Shown here: in pieces, positions 51,610 through 62,544 of the stretch
How the letters are laid out: each line of letters starts with the position of its first letter
Position numbering within the stretch: the stretch's first letter is position 1
Assembly: GCA_965655095.1 (NCBI GenBank)
Contig: OZ296654.1
Span: forward strand, 70,184,001 to 70,248,000
Length of the DNA stretch: 64,000 bases
Source: Haplodiscus bocki
Taxonomy: Eukaryota
Reading direction: 5' to 3'
Position numbers and translations under genes: made by a program
The notes under the pieces: model-generated
Told to the model about the DNA's origin: nothing
What the model saw: the letters and a program-made list of their open reading frames with translations, nothing else
Database searches by the model: none

Positions 51610-54047
51610 AACCGTAGGCTGCCGGAAGAATATTAAATTGCTCATGATTTTTATGCACTGCAGCTCAAAGTCTGGCAAAAGCCATTGCATACTAAGTTTC
51701 AAACGATCCACTCGTGGCATTGCCTAAAGCCTGCATCGTCTTGTTATTTAGAATGGTGGCTTTTGAACGTTTCAGAGGCTTTTCAAGCCGGAAAGTTTGA
51801 GGTTTTTCAATTCAGTAGGTCGTCTGTTATCCCTGCAAACAATAGTATCTTTTCAAAAATCGAGGTTCGTTAATTTACTGAAAAAAATGCCGCATATTGC
51901 CATGGTAAGTGGAATGAACCACCATACATAAGGTACCCGTGTCTGTAGGGTTCGATGTTCATTGACACTCCCGGATCTTCGCCAACTCAAGTTAGAAACT
52001 GCTGTTTCCAGCAAAAGCAACAAAACGTCTAATTGCTTCAGAAACGGTTTTAGGCTCACCAAGCATTGCAAATCATTTGTTTTTTTCTGGTATCGAGTTC
52101 AACTATTGTTGTTGCAAGCTGGCTAAAAAAAAGCAAAACTTTTGATTTCCTTGTTGCACGGAAAATTGAACTCCTTCTTTAAAGTGAAACTTGGAAAGCC
52201 TATTCTATCAGACAACGATCTTTTCCAAAGGGAACCAGAACAGAATTGACATTTTCAGAAAGTTTTGTTTTTGGTTTTACGCGACAAAGGTGAATTTGGT
52301 TTCAAATTATCAAATAGGGTTTTTAGGATCGCGCAAGCATTTGTATCAAATGTTGACTTGAGGTTCGAGGTGCAAACGACTTTTTTTTACTCGGTTTTGT
52401 GGAAAAACGTCCTTTCCGGAAATGCTTATGCTTTTCAGCATTGTGACACTGAGGTTTAATTGTTTTTGAATATTGTTCATGAGCTCGCACAGACTTGTAC
52501 ATCACAGGTTTAGTTGAATTGGAAAAAGAAAAATCATCTTTTTCGATGTGAATTTGCGGAAGAACAACATGTACAGAAAATAACTTTTCGTGTCGTGCAA
52601 TAGAGGCTTGCATGTTTTCAAAAGTGGTTTATGTTCATGGCCATGAGATTTTTTGTCAAGTTCTCAGGAGTAATACCGTTTTTTCCGAAGTGAATTCGGG
52701 AAGGAACAACCTTTTCGGAAAAAAATTTTTTGACACTGCTCAGTGAACGTTTAATTGTGTTTAAAAATGGTATTTCGGCACACGCGGACCCTTAATCAGA
52801 ACTTTGGTTGGTTTAGAGAAATCAAAACATCGTTTTTGAAGTCATTTGCGGAGGAACAATTTTTTCAGAAAAGAGTTTTTTTTCCAGACTTGTTCAATGA
52901 ACTTTGTATTGTTTTCAAGGGTGGCTTTGAGATCGCCGAATGTCGTTCATTTATTATTAGTTGAGTTCGGAGGTGTAAAAGCACCGTTTTCGATTTGAAT
53001 TTGATCTTTTCAGACAGTCGTTTTGTTCTCGGGCTTGTGCAACTAACGCTTGATTGTTTTCAAATGTGGTTTGTGGACTCGCTGGAAGATTTTCATCAAA
53101 TGTTAAAATGAAGTCGGAAAAGTAATAGCAACTTCTTTGATGTGAATTTGCCTAAGGAATGATCTGTTCAAAAAATAATTTTGTTTTCGGCCTTGCCCGA
53201 ACGTTTACTTAGATTCAAGTATGATAATTCGGCTCGAACAGTCCTGTTACCAAAAAAATAATTCAATTCAAAGAATATAATGTATCGTGTTAGATGTGGT
53301 TTTGCGAAGGAAGGACAACGACCTTGTCATATAAGCGACGATCTTTCCAGAAAGTGCTTTCGATTTCGCCACTGCTCGACGAATGTTGTTTTGTTCTCAA
53401 ATACGGTTTCTGAGAATGCCAAACTTTTACATCAAATGTTAAATCGAAATGTGAGGGAAGATTATAATTTTCCCGACGTCAATTTGCAAAGAAACCTGAT
53501 TATGGACAGTATCCGTGCTCTCGGCATTGCCCTGCGAGCTTTAACTGTTAACATAATATGGTTCCGAGATCGCTGAACTTTGTTTTAATGTCAGTTTTTT
53601 AATTCAATGTTACTTTAGTTTAATGTTCGAAGGTGTGCAAGCATCTTTTGATTTTTTTTCAGAAAGCAATGATCTTTTTGGCTCAGAGAAGTTAACGCTT
53701 TTTTCTTTTCAAATGTTTTTTTTGGACTCACTGAAACTTTCACATCAATTTTTACGTGGAATAAGGAAAATTTGAAGAAACTACATTTTCCCCGTGAATT
53801 GTGAAAGAACGACATTTTCAGAAAGCGCTTTTTTGTCTTCAGATTTGCTCAATAAGCTTTTCCTTGCTTTTGAATATTGTACATGGGCTCGCACAGACTG
53901 TTCATGAAAACTTAGTGGAATTCGGAGATACAAAACCGATCTCGTTGCGAATGAACAACGATTTCAAAATGAATTTGGTTTTGGCTTCTTGCAACTAACG
54001 CTTGATTGTTTTCAAATGTGGCTTTGGGTTAGCCTTCCTATACTACT
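51610..54047 (-). repeat. Right terminal inverted repeat (2.4 kb)
   Basis: Inverse of the left arm from CAGCCTnCGGTT (inner end) to ACTACT (outer end). Confidence 0.95.
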
Positions 54048-54063
54048 TTCTCCTGTTCGATAT

Positions 54064-54442
54064 GAAAACGAACAACAGCCATTTTTTGTTCTGTGAAAGT
54101 TTGACTACATTTTTGCCGAGTGAGCGCCAGTAAAAAGAGCAGCAGCACTTCTAGTCCTTTTCCATTTATTCGGTACCCTTGCCGGAAGAGAAGCACAATC
54201 TCGAGGTCAGTTTCCGGCCAGCTGAAATATAACTAACTTAACATTTCATCGTGGATTCCTTATATACGGTTGGCAATTGGGTCCAGATTCATTTCGCCCC
54301 AATGGTTTTATAGAAATAGAAATGAATCTTTTCGTTTTTTTATTACGATAAAATTGGAAGGTGAAAGTGTCAAATCACTGGAAACAGTGTTTCATGACTT
54401 CACAACCGGAGTAGCCATTTGATCCAAAGTTCAAAGGTTAAA
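54064..54442 (+). repeat. Direct duplication, copy 2 (379 bp), 16 bp from the right terminus of the element
   Basis: Same start and end sequence as 45368-45744; about 17 substitutions and 2 small indels. Confidence 0.95.
54166..54221 (-). CDS. HNRNPL: hnRNP L terminal coding exon, proximal duplicate (SGRKLTSRLCFSSGKGTE*)
   Basis: Intact TTTCAG| acceptor and stop; single coding difference TTG>TCG (L>S) at 54203; shared 3' flank ends ~100 nt after the stop, just before the TIR element. Confidence 0.7.
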
Positions 54443-55074
54443 CCAATTTTAGTAACAATCCGTTACTACCCAACCATTTCAAATTTCCTCCAGGAAGTGC
54501 TCTTTGATTGTGGTTTTTTGGTAATTTCCAAAAGTGGAAATACGATTTTAAGCCGCGTACTTATGTTAATACTCGTTTTGAAACATTGTCGCCAAGTTTT
54601 GATCGTCCTTAGATAATGTTTTTTGAGCATTTGGCTGTACAAATTCAACTTAGACAGAACGCGTTTTCCATGATGAAAAAATCACCGTGTATTCAACAAA
54701 ATGGTTCAAATAAAACTGTTGAAAATCATTTTCAAAGGTTAACCGGTTTTGAAAAGTTCAAAATATTGAACAATCTAACACTGATTGCAAAAGGAAAACT
54801 GAATTTCAGTGTGGTTTGAAATACTTCGAAAAAAGCCGATAAGTGCATCCATATCATTAACTATCTTCTCAATTCCAGATCCTAAAGTCGATTAAAGTAA
54901 TTTTCATTTATCACGTCAAATGTCATATATCACAAAATTGAATCGTCTCAGGTGTGATTTTCCGCCAAATGATTCCGATATAGATGAGGTACTGTATTTT
55001 CTCAACAACATAAGTGCCCATTTTTTGAACCAGAAAACTGCTCAAAGTTGAAAGTAGACACAATACATTTCGAT

Positions 55075-55478
55075 TAGGGATGTACCGGATTCCGACATCC
55101 GGTTCCGACCATTTGAGAAAACAGACCGGATCAGGAATCCTGTTTGAAATACTGGAATAATCTGATGAAAATCAGTGCCTAAAAGCTCTACTAAGTTTAA
55201 CCTTCCAAATTTGGTGACACTGCAAGTAACGCTGGTACAAGTGAGATTCCAAGTTCACTATTTTCAAGGTTCAGTAGTTCATGGCCTTCTCTGAGTGTTC
55301 ATTTTTCCCTTTCTGCTTATGATTCTAACGCAGCTATCAATCAGCTCAAGCACTTCATGAATTTTTTTTTCAAGGTCAAAAACATCAATTTGGTAATTCC
55401 GATAAATCCAGCCTGTATGAAACAGGAATTAATCCGGATCCGGCAATCCGGATTAGAATCCATCAGGTTCCATCCCCA
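55075..55478. mobile_element. hAT-like MITE in an hnRNP L intron
   Basis: TAGGGATG...CATCCCCA termini; 8-bp TSD ATTTCGAT/ATTTAGAC; ATCCGG subterminal repeats. Confidence 0.7.
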
Positions 55479-55536
55479 ATTTAGACACTGAAGCAGCTTA
55501 TTTGGAAGAATTTAAAACTAGGATAGGAAGACTAAC

Positions 55537-55635
55537 AGGAATCAGGAATCAAAGTGTGATTGGCTAGAATTAATGCATCGGTCGCTTCTGTGATAGAATT
55601 GAACACTACATTGGCAGCGGTTTTCTTTGCTTCTT
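55537..55635 (-). CDS. HNRNPL: hnRNP L-family penultimate exon (RRM4)
   Basis: TTTTAG| and |GTTAGT, phase 1-1; EEAKKTAANVVFNSITEATDALILANHTLIPD, equivalent to human SSGLLEWESKSDALETLGFLNHYQM. Confidence 0.88.
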
Positions 55636-56938
55636 CTAAAACATAACAACTCCTTAGTTGTAGGAAACTTTTGCGGCGTGCATAACAATTAAAAATAGAC
55701 GCATATTTGGAACGCAAATATTTGCGGCAGCGCTCGCTGCCACAAGTGAGGCAGTACTATGATAATCACCTACAGCGGCATTTTACTATTGATAGAACAA
55801 ATACAACGGATGACAACATAAATGAAATAGACTTTTATGAGCACATACGAGCACTTTGTACGCAATCGATTTATGGCCTTTGTATCCTTGCGGAGTGAAC
55901 TGTTGCTCTTGCAAAAGCGGATGGCTGTTACGCAGCTGCCATAAAATTTTCCAGTTGGAATTAGAAAGAACGTCCGCTCTAGCTGAACCAGTTTGTGACG
56001 TCAAAGCCAGAGGGAAAATTCCCTTGAAAATTTTTTTTGGACGTGACCACTTTTTTCCTCGCTCGCCCTTTTACCCTAAAAATTGTTCGACCTTGATGCA
56101 ATTTGGCACACATAAGAGATCATTGACTACCTACATGCAAAATTTCAGCATCCTACGACCACCCTGACCCCAGATTTCGACACCTGAAGTGAGGCAAGTC
56201 GACCCCAACAGTAGGTCGGTTAAAACACCCCAAATTGAAACGTCAGCCCACGGAATCGATCAATGGAGTAAAGTCAAACACATTTTGATCCTTTTTGGCC
56301 ACTTCCGATTTAACCACCTCCGGCAAAAGCCCTTATTGGGCAGAAATCCAATGAATTTCGAAAAAATTTTCCCCGAAAAATGGTATAAAACCGAAAATTG
56401 GCAAACATAGTATGAATAAGCATGAAAACGTAAGCAGAGTTTCAAAATATTCGAAAAACCAGGGATAAAGTTACTCACATTTCGAAAGAAATCTGAACCT
56501 AGAAACCGGAAGTGATGCAGAAAGCCATTAACACGCATCATGTTGGGTATCATTCGAACCAGCAAAACCCCTTCAGACTTTATCACCCTTCGAACCCTAT
56601 TATCTGCCGAAAACTGCCATTTCAAAGATTTCGGGTCTATTTTGGGTAATCTATAATACATATGAACATGTTCAATAGCGATAGGCAATTTTTGTCATAT
56701 TTTCGATGGGTTAGAAAGAGTTTCCGCTATCAATATTTAATAATGAGCCTTTCAAGGGATTCCAGAGACAAGACCTGTCATTACAATAATAACTGCGAGG
56801 ATTTCAGACACGCTCCATTATTTTAACCATAAAATTAATCAAAATTCAGTCAACCTTCGGTTTCATAAGCACAACTGCTGCGTAGGAGGGCTCTATTCCC
56901 TGAGAGGCTGATAGTGCAATAAGAAACAAAGCGAGAGA

Positions 56939-57269
56939 ACTCCCGTTCGACAAAACTGGCACTTTTATGGTACGCCCACGCGTTGTGGAGTGATTTCAAG
57001 AAAATTATTAGCAACTTTATAGTTAACCGAAGTGCAATTTTACGTTAGGAGGTGCGTAGTAACTTGACAACCTGACAGTTGATTATTTACGCTCTGGCAA
57101 TAAAATCGGAGTACTCTCTGGGGGTGGACGCAATTAGGGTCCTCCCGAGACGTATAAGAACTCTTCGATTACTAACAGCAAAATGCGTAGGTTGGAGATA
57201 GACAAGACAAGAAGAAGAAAAACCGCAAGGCGCGTAGGCAGGTAATCGGTCCCGCAAAGAGAGAACAGA

Positions 57270-57328
<59 letters not shown>

Positions 57329-57492
57329 CAACAGAAAGCCAGAGTTAAGTTGGTTTTCAGGAGCGAGCGTAAATTCGTGAAAGAATAGTAATCTTAGACA
57401 CAGGGAACGGATTGACTTTTCAGACTGGATAGAGCTAGTAGAAGTGTTTGTTCGCCATGAGACGGGTTTTTCAGATTGATAAAGGACTTCCA
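56939..57492. repeat. Unclassified interspersed repeat, copy 2
   Basis: As above; contains an (AG)26 expansion. Confidence 0.8.
57272..57323 (+). repeat. (AG)26 microsatellite
   Basis: Directly visible perfect dinucleotide run. Confidence 0.99.
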
Positions 57493-58278
57493 GAAAGAAC
57501 CAAGGGATCACTCATTACGAAATTGGTAGTCCTCGGAGCAGGTGGATTATCTGTACTTTCGAGTCTCGCGTTTTTTTTTTTGAAAATTGCGGAGCTGGTG
57601 CTACACTCCGAATTCAACGACGCAGTTTGTTTGTTATTTGTCTGTTATATTCCTTCTGTGAAACCAATATTCGTTATTGTGACGGTTGAATATTATCCAC
57701 TTACATGCACTTCTCCGAATATTGGGTTTGGGTAAACTGTAACTGATCCTCAAGATAGGCAAGTTTTCTCCGTTGAAACGCGCAGTTCATTTCAATTGAT
57801 GTTGATTCTGTGGTCAGTTAACTCAATACATATTCCAGCACTCAAATACAGCAATTTCCATGAAGAAAGAATTTGTACATGCTTAAGACAACCAATTTCG
57901 GGAACATAATTAGTTTGCTAATTCTGGCAAAGCACTCGACAATCATTTGGTAACTGGGCATTTTTCGAATGCGTTTGTCAACTCACCTGACAAGCACAAC
58001 AATAAGTACCATTGCAGCTTAAGTCGAATGAAAGTGATATAGAATTGAAAATGATAAAATTTGATTAATTTAGATACCAAAATACTGTATTCTGATTTCT
58101 CACAACTTGGAGTTTCTGGGATATCGGATACTGTAAACTTTCTACTGACTAACATGAGCGAATACTGCTGATACAAATTGTACAGCAACTCAATTAATTT
58201 TTCTACATTTATACACAAGTAAGAAACGCTATAACATTTGATTCGCTTGATATTTTAAATGAAAATCTTGATTCTCAA

Positions 58279-58445
58279 GCGGCCATGGCACAGTGAGTAA
58301 GGGATGCTACTGCGGCGCGGAAGGTCTTGGGTTCGAGCCTCAGACACTCTATTCTCTTCGATCAAAATCTATGAACAAATGCGAGTTGTTACAGGATCGG
58401 AAAAAAATCCACAGAAACCTCTGAAATAACAATTGCTTGCGCAAG
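58279..58445 (+). mobile_element. tRNA-derived SINE
   Basis: A box TGGCACAGTGAG (58286), B box GGTTCGAGCC (58330); body similar to 44601-44770. Confidence 0.65.
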
Positions 58446-58487
58446 TGTAATCAATTTCTAGTTTGTAATGACGTTCTATCCACTAAC

Positions 58488-58771
58488 CTTTATACTTGCT
58501 CTCCATGAAGGAGACGTATTGGGGCACAGGGGCTTCAGCATCTTCGAAAGCTTTCATCACTGCATCTTCAGTGGTGCCAGCTGGCATGTTGAAAGCGTGC
58601 AGAGTCTTTTTCGGGTTCTGGAAGCGGTTTTTGGCTTTTTCGTTTGCAGTGCTAAACCGTTGATCCCGACTGGTGGTGAAGTTCACGAAATAGGGTTCCC
58701 CGTTAGGCATTTTAGCAGCATCAGCTGGCTGCACGCGTGTATTCTCAAACAACTCCTGTTGCTTCGAGAGT
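58488..58771 (-). CDS. HNRNPL: hnRNP L-family exon (RRM3-4 linker and RRM4)
   Basis: TTGCAG| and |GTTAGT, phase 2-1; LSKQ...FTTSRDQRFSTANEKAKNRFQNPKKTLHAFNMP vs human VSKQ...FSESRNNRFSTPEQAAKNRIQHPSNVLHFFNAP. Confidence 0.93.
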
Positions 58772-61135
58772 CTGCAATTAAAATGGAATGTGAAGAAAAA
58801 ATTCATAGTTGCAAACCTCAAAACGCTTTAATTTTTGATAAAAATGCACAGTTTTAAATTTTTAGTATCTAGGGAATGTTTAGCGTCAAACTTTTCAAAG
58901 TGCTAATGAAACACTATTCTTAAAATAAAGTTTCCTGCTATTTTGAAACTACGATAGAAAAGCTAAACAAGACGCCCGGATGACTCCGGGATATTTTCCG
59001 CCTTCCAAAATAGAAAAAAACGTTAAAAAACAGAAGTTTGAACGTAAAAGTGTCCGCAAAATTGCATAAAACTTTTCAATTTTATTCAAAAAAAAGTTCT
59101 GGCAAGAAAAAGTATTTTTAGAGAAAGACTGCAATAATAGACGAACTCTGCGGCGATTTTGTAAAAGAATGACGAAAAAAACTTTGAGTGTGGATTCGAG
59201 TACATGCGTCTAATGAATCAAGAGCGTTCCAAACGTTTCTCAGAAAGGATCGCTCCTCTAGCTGTTGGACTCTAGCTGAAAGAAGTTATGCAGGGAAAGT
59301 TGTCATCTGAAAATAACATTTGATACAGATTCTCTGCTGAACAGCAAATCCAATGGATGGATTAGCACAAAACGCAACATGATAAGCTTTGAGTCAGGGC
59401 CCAGAAATGAGCGGAAGTAACTTCTGACGAGATGATGATACTTGAAAAACATCAGCTTTAAAAGTAAACGGAAAACATTCTCGGAAAGAAAACCAAATTT
59501 CTTACCAAACTCTTGGCTGTCGAAAAAATTTCTTCACTCCCATATCTTTCGGAAGCAGTAGGAAGTCTACAGACCTCATTCAACAGCTTACAGGGCTCTA
59601 TGGCAATGCTCAGAGGTATTAGAGATGCAAAATTACCAATTCAGTATTTATTAAATCCAATTTTTTCTACGTTTTCACCGCAGAAAACAATGAAGGCGAA
59701 AAATTTCGGAAACTTTTTCCCAAAAAAAATAGCCCAGAGGCTCTCCAAGTTGAATCGGCAAAAATTATCCCACCTAGGTACCATGGGCGCAGTGGTATTG
59801 GAGCTTTTCAAAGAGTTTCGATGTCATAAAATCTGCGAAAATGTGGAAAAATATTTGCGCAGACTGCTTTGCGGCAGGCTCGTGGAGAGCAGAACGGCTG
59901 AAAAAAAACGCCGTTCGTAACAAAACCGTTCCTGCAAGCGTGATTCGTTGCCAAAAACTGTCGCTCCAGAATTAAATGAGCAAAAAAAACAGATGCACCT
60001 GGCAATTATTGCAATCATTTGCCCAGGAAAAAAGTCAATATCACAGAAAAAAGTGTCTAGCGATGCTTTTCTTTCAGTTTAGTGTTAGAATCCCACACTG
60101 ACCTACAGAAAACGATAGGTGGACAAATGGAAAAGATGAATTTTCGAAAGAAGAAATGGAAGTTTTCGACAATTTTTCTGCTGAACTTTCGGCAAAAGTA
60201 CATGTATACCCCCTGGGAAACTGATTCGAGCACCACAATGTTTCGATGGTTTTCTGAAATATATTTAACGCTGCACGTTCTATTTTTTTTAAAAAAACAG
60301 TTACATTACACTAGATGTCCAAAAAATGAGAATAAAGGTCGAGTTTGACGATCTTTTCTGCCGAAAAACTCCAAATATTTCCCTCAACTGCGATATTCTC
60401 CACTGGTTTCTCGGAGTTCACCCAACGTAAGAAAAAAAACTAATCCAGTCACTTCTAGGTCTTTACGGTGGTTGAAACACAAATTATGGATATTTCAGAT
60501 TTTTCGCAAAATTTTCCGCTAAAGCATCGCCGAAAGAAAACAGCAAAGAATCTACTGCGGCGCCATAAGATCTCCATGAGCACTGACAGTTAATCAGCGA
60601 GTGATTCAAAGCAATTAGTGCACTTGCACGCCTGGCAAGTGGTGACATTGTCGGAATACATGAATATTTTTGACATTTTCGCAAATTTTCCGCTTAAACT
60701 CTACCGAACCGAAAAATATCGAACCTTTTCATACTAGTAGCTCACCAAGAAGGGTTGAATTTGCACCTATTTCACTAACATAGGCACCCATCGTAAGCAA
60801 ATGGTACTGATGCTAGTGAAACACGATTTGCCCTAAAAAAATTTAGGCATTTCCAGTTTATTTTCGCTAATAACTTCTCGGCAAAAAATTTTCGGACGCC
60901 GAAAAATTGGGGCATGGTCAATGGCAACCTTTCCGTACATGTTTTCAAAAAACTAGAACGCTCCAATCAATACGCTTTGAAAAATACCGCTTCAAAGTCA
61001 AGAAACGCAGAGGGCATGTTACAAATCGTATATAAAATGGAGATAGTGAACTGTGTCTTGGCTTTTCAGAAACATCAAAATTTTTTCTGACTTCATGACC
61101 GAAAGACTCAAGCCAGCAAGTGAAAATGGCGCGCC

Positions 61136-61248
61136 AATAAAGCTCAGTGACAGTGTTTCGCTTATGGCGTCCTGATGATCGTGCCGAATGAAGAAAGCGA
61201 GTGAGTTCATCAGGTCGTCCGCTACATTCACTCGCCTGCTTTATTCAT
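61136..61248. ncRNA. Candidate structured intronic RNA element (pseudoknot-capable)
   Basis: Three perfect 8-bp complementary pairs within ~110 nt: 61136-43/61238-45, 61171-78/61207-14, 61197-204/61228-35. Confidence 0.3.
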
Positions 61249-61644
61249 CCAGCGTGATATCATTGACTCTCGAAAAAATGTGAACGGATCTTTAGAACGA
61301 CTTTGATTGAGAATTTAATTTGCCGATTCGGCACAAGGGTTTGCTAGTCATTAGAAATAGGGAATTTCTAAATTGGCAAAATCTGCCTAGCAAAAAAAAC
61401 GACACTAGCCATTGAAAAAGATCTTTTCCATAAAAAATATAGAGGCGGAAAATAACAAGCATCGCAAAACGTGTTTGAGCGACCTCCATTAATTTTTCCA
61501 TTTCACTTTGGATTGCAACTAGAGCCATGAAAACAAACTTGAAGACTTTTGAACAAAATTGTTCAATCCATATAGCAAATTTCAGGTGATGCTACAACTT
61601 AGCGAACATTAAGTAGTGTAAAAGTGACCTTCATCTGTACTAAC

Positions 61645-61766
61645 TTCGGTGTCAATTTCTTGCCAAAGCATTCCAAAGAAGGAAGCACTGACATAATTTT
61701 GGACCCAGCTTCCGCGCCTTGCATCTCAACCATCGCAGATCCCGGTTTGCTCTTCAGAAATTTGAT
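61645..61766 (-). CDS. HNRNPL: hnRNP L-family exon (RRM3)
   Basis: TTTTAG| and |GTTAGT, phase 0-2; IKFLKSKPGSAMVEM...FGKKL vs human VKFMKSKPGAAMVEM...FGQKL. Confidence 0.93.
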
Positions 61767-62336
61767 CTAAAACAAAACGAACTTCGTATTATGGGCTAAA
61801 GAAATCTCAGAAGTGCTGTGCAAACGGCAAAGCAATCTATCAGACAAAACATTTTTTGGACTAATAATTTGAAATTGGACAAAAAAATGAACAAAATTTT
61901 GAGCAAGATTAATTCTTGGGCATTTTCTAAAACTTTTTCTTCGAATTCTTTTGAGTCTTGAGCAAAATTTTTATTATATTACCAGTTGATAATATTCAGC
62001 TAACTCTTTTCCATGGGTATTTTTAACCCAAGAAAATCATATTATTGCAGCCTAAGTAAACGTGCAAGCTTCACTTTAAGAAAACGAAATAACCAAAACT
62101 TGCGACACAGTAATAACAAGTTATTGAAAACAGTAAAACTATAATATTTTCCAACAATTTCATTGACTAAGCATGTTGGTCGACCAATAAATTGGAGCTC
62201 TAACTCGGTTGTACATAAGCACCAAGTAATGAAATTTGATGGACCGGCGTTTTAAACCCACGCGGATTGACCCGAAGTTAATGAACCAAACTATATTGTA
62301 GCTTCGTTATAACGATGAAGAGGACTTTTAACTGAC

Positions 62337-62544
62337 CTTATTGACGTTACCGAATATACAGAGCAGGTTGAACAGTTTTTGTGGTCCAAACTTATCTTCG
62401 TCCAAGTTGTGAATCATGAGCACACTAGGAGCATAGTCGTGACCTTCTACTGCCGAACTGGAACCAGCAGCATACGCTCCTGACCCTCGACCATAGGCCA
62501 CCAAACCTCCTGGTCCGATGTCATCGATTGGTACGTAAAAGGCT
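62337..62544 (-). CDS. HNRNPL: hnRNP L-family exon (Gly-rich linker and start of RRM3)
   Basis: TTTCAG| and |GTCAGT; ...PSVLMIHNLDEDKFGPQKLFNLLCIFGNVNK vs recalled human SPVLMVYGLDQSKMNCDRVFNVFCLYGNVEK. Confidence 0.9.

Larger units (their letters stand above)
45745..54047. mobile_element. Non-autonomous giant-TIR element with Polinton/Maverick-type termini
   Basis: Left end AGCAGTATAGAAAGG; right end CCTTCCTATACTACT (rc AGTAGTATAGGAAGG); arms 45745-48666 and 51610-54047; 2.9-kb spacer with decayed ORFs. No pPolB, integrase or capsid motif recognised, so the superfamily call rests on the termini and long TIRs. Confidence 0.6.

Noticed and set aside
56021-56758. CCCTTGAAA/TTTCAAGGG 9-bp inverted ends flanked by ATT (piggyBac-like MITE?)
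   Set aside because: The TIR is too short and there is no TTAA site; could be chance.
58279-58350. tRNA gene
   Set aside because: A and B boxes are present but there is no acceptor stem or Pol III terminator; the body is shared with 44601-44770, so it is a SINE.
58960-60430. Possible Helentron/HINE-like element (ACAAGACG + CCCGGA-TGAC-TCCGGG hairpin, weak inverted match near 60410)
   Set aside because: Boundaries could not be established.
61166-61245. Hammerhead-like CTGATGA...GAAA followed by a helix (plus strand)
   Set aside because: Stem II is irregular, the base after stem III is C rather than the invariant U, and no stem I abuts the core.
61136-61245. Telomerase-RNA-like topology (P1, period-6 11-mer CAGTGACAGTG, pseudoknot)
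   Set aside because: The 11-mer would template a non-G-rich repeat rather than TTAGGG, and the U-rich/A-rich triple-helix strands are absent.
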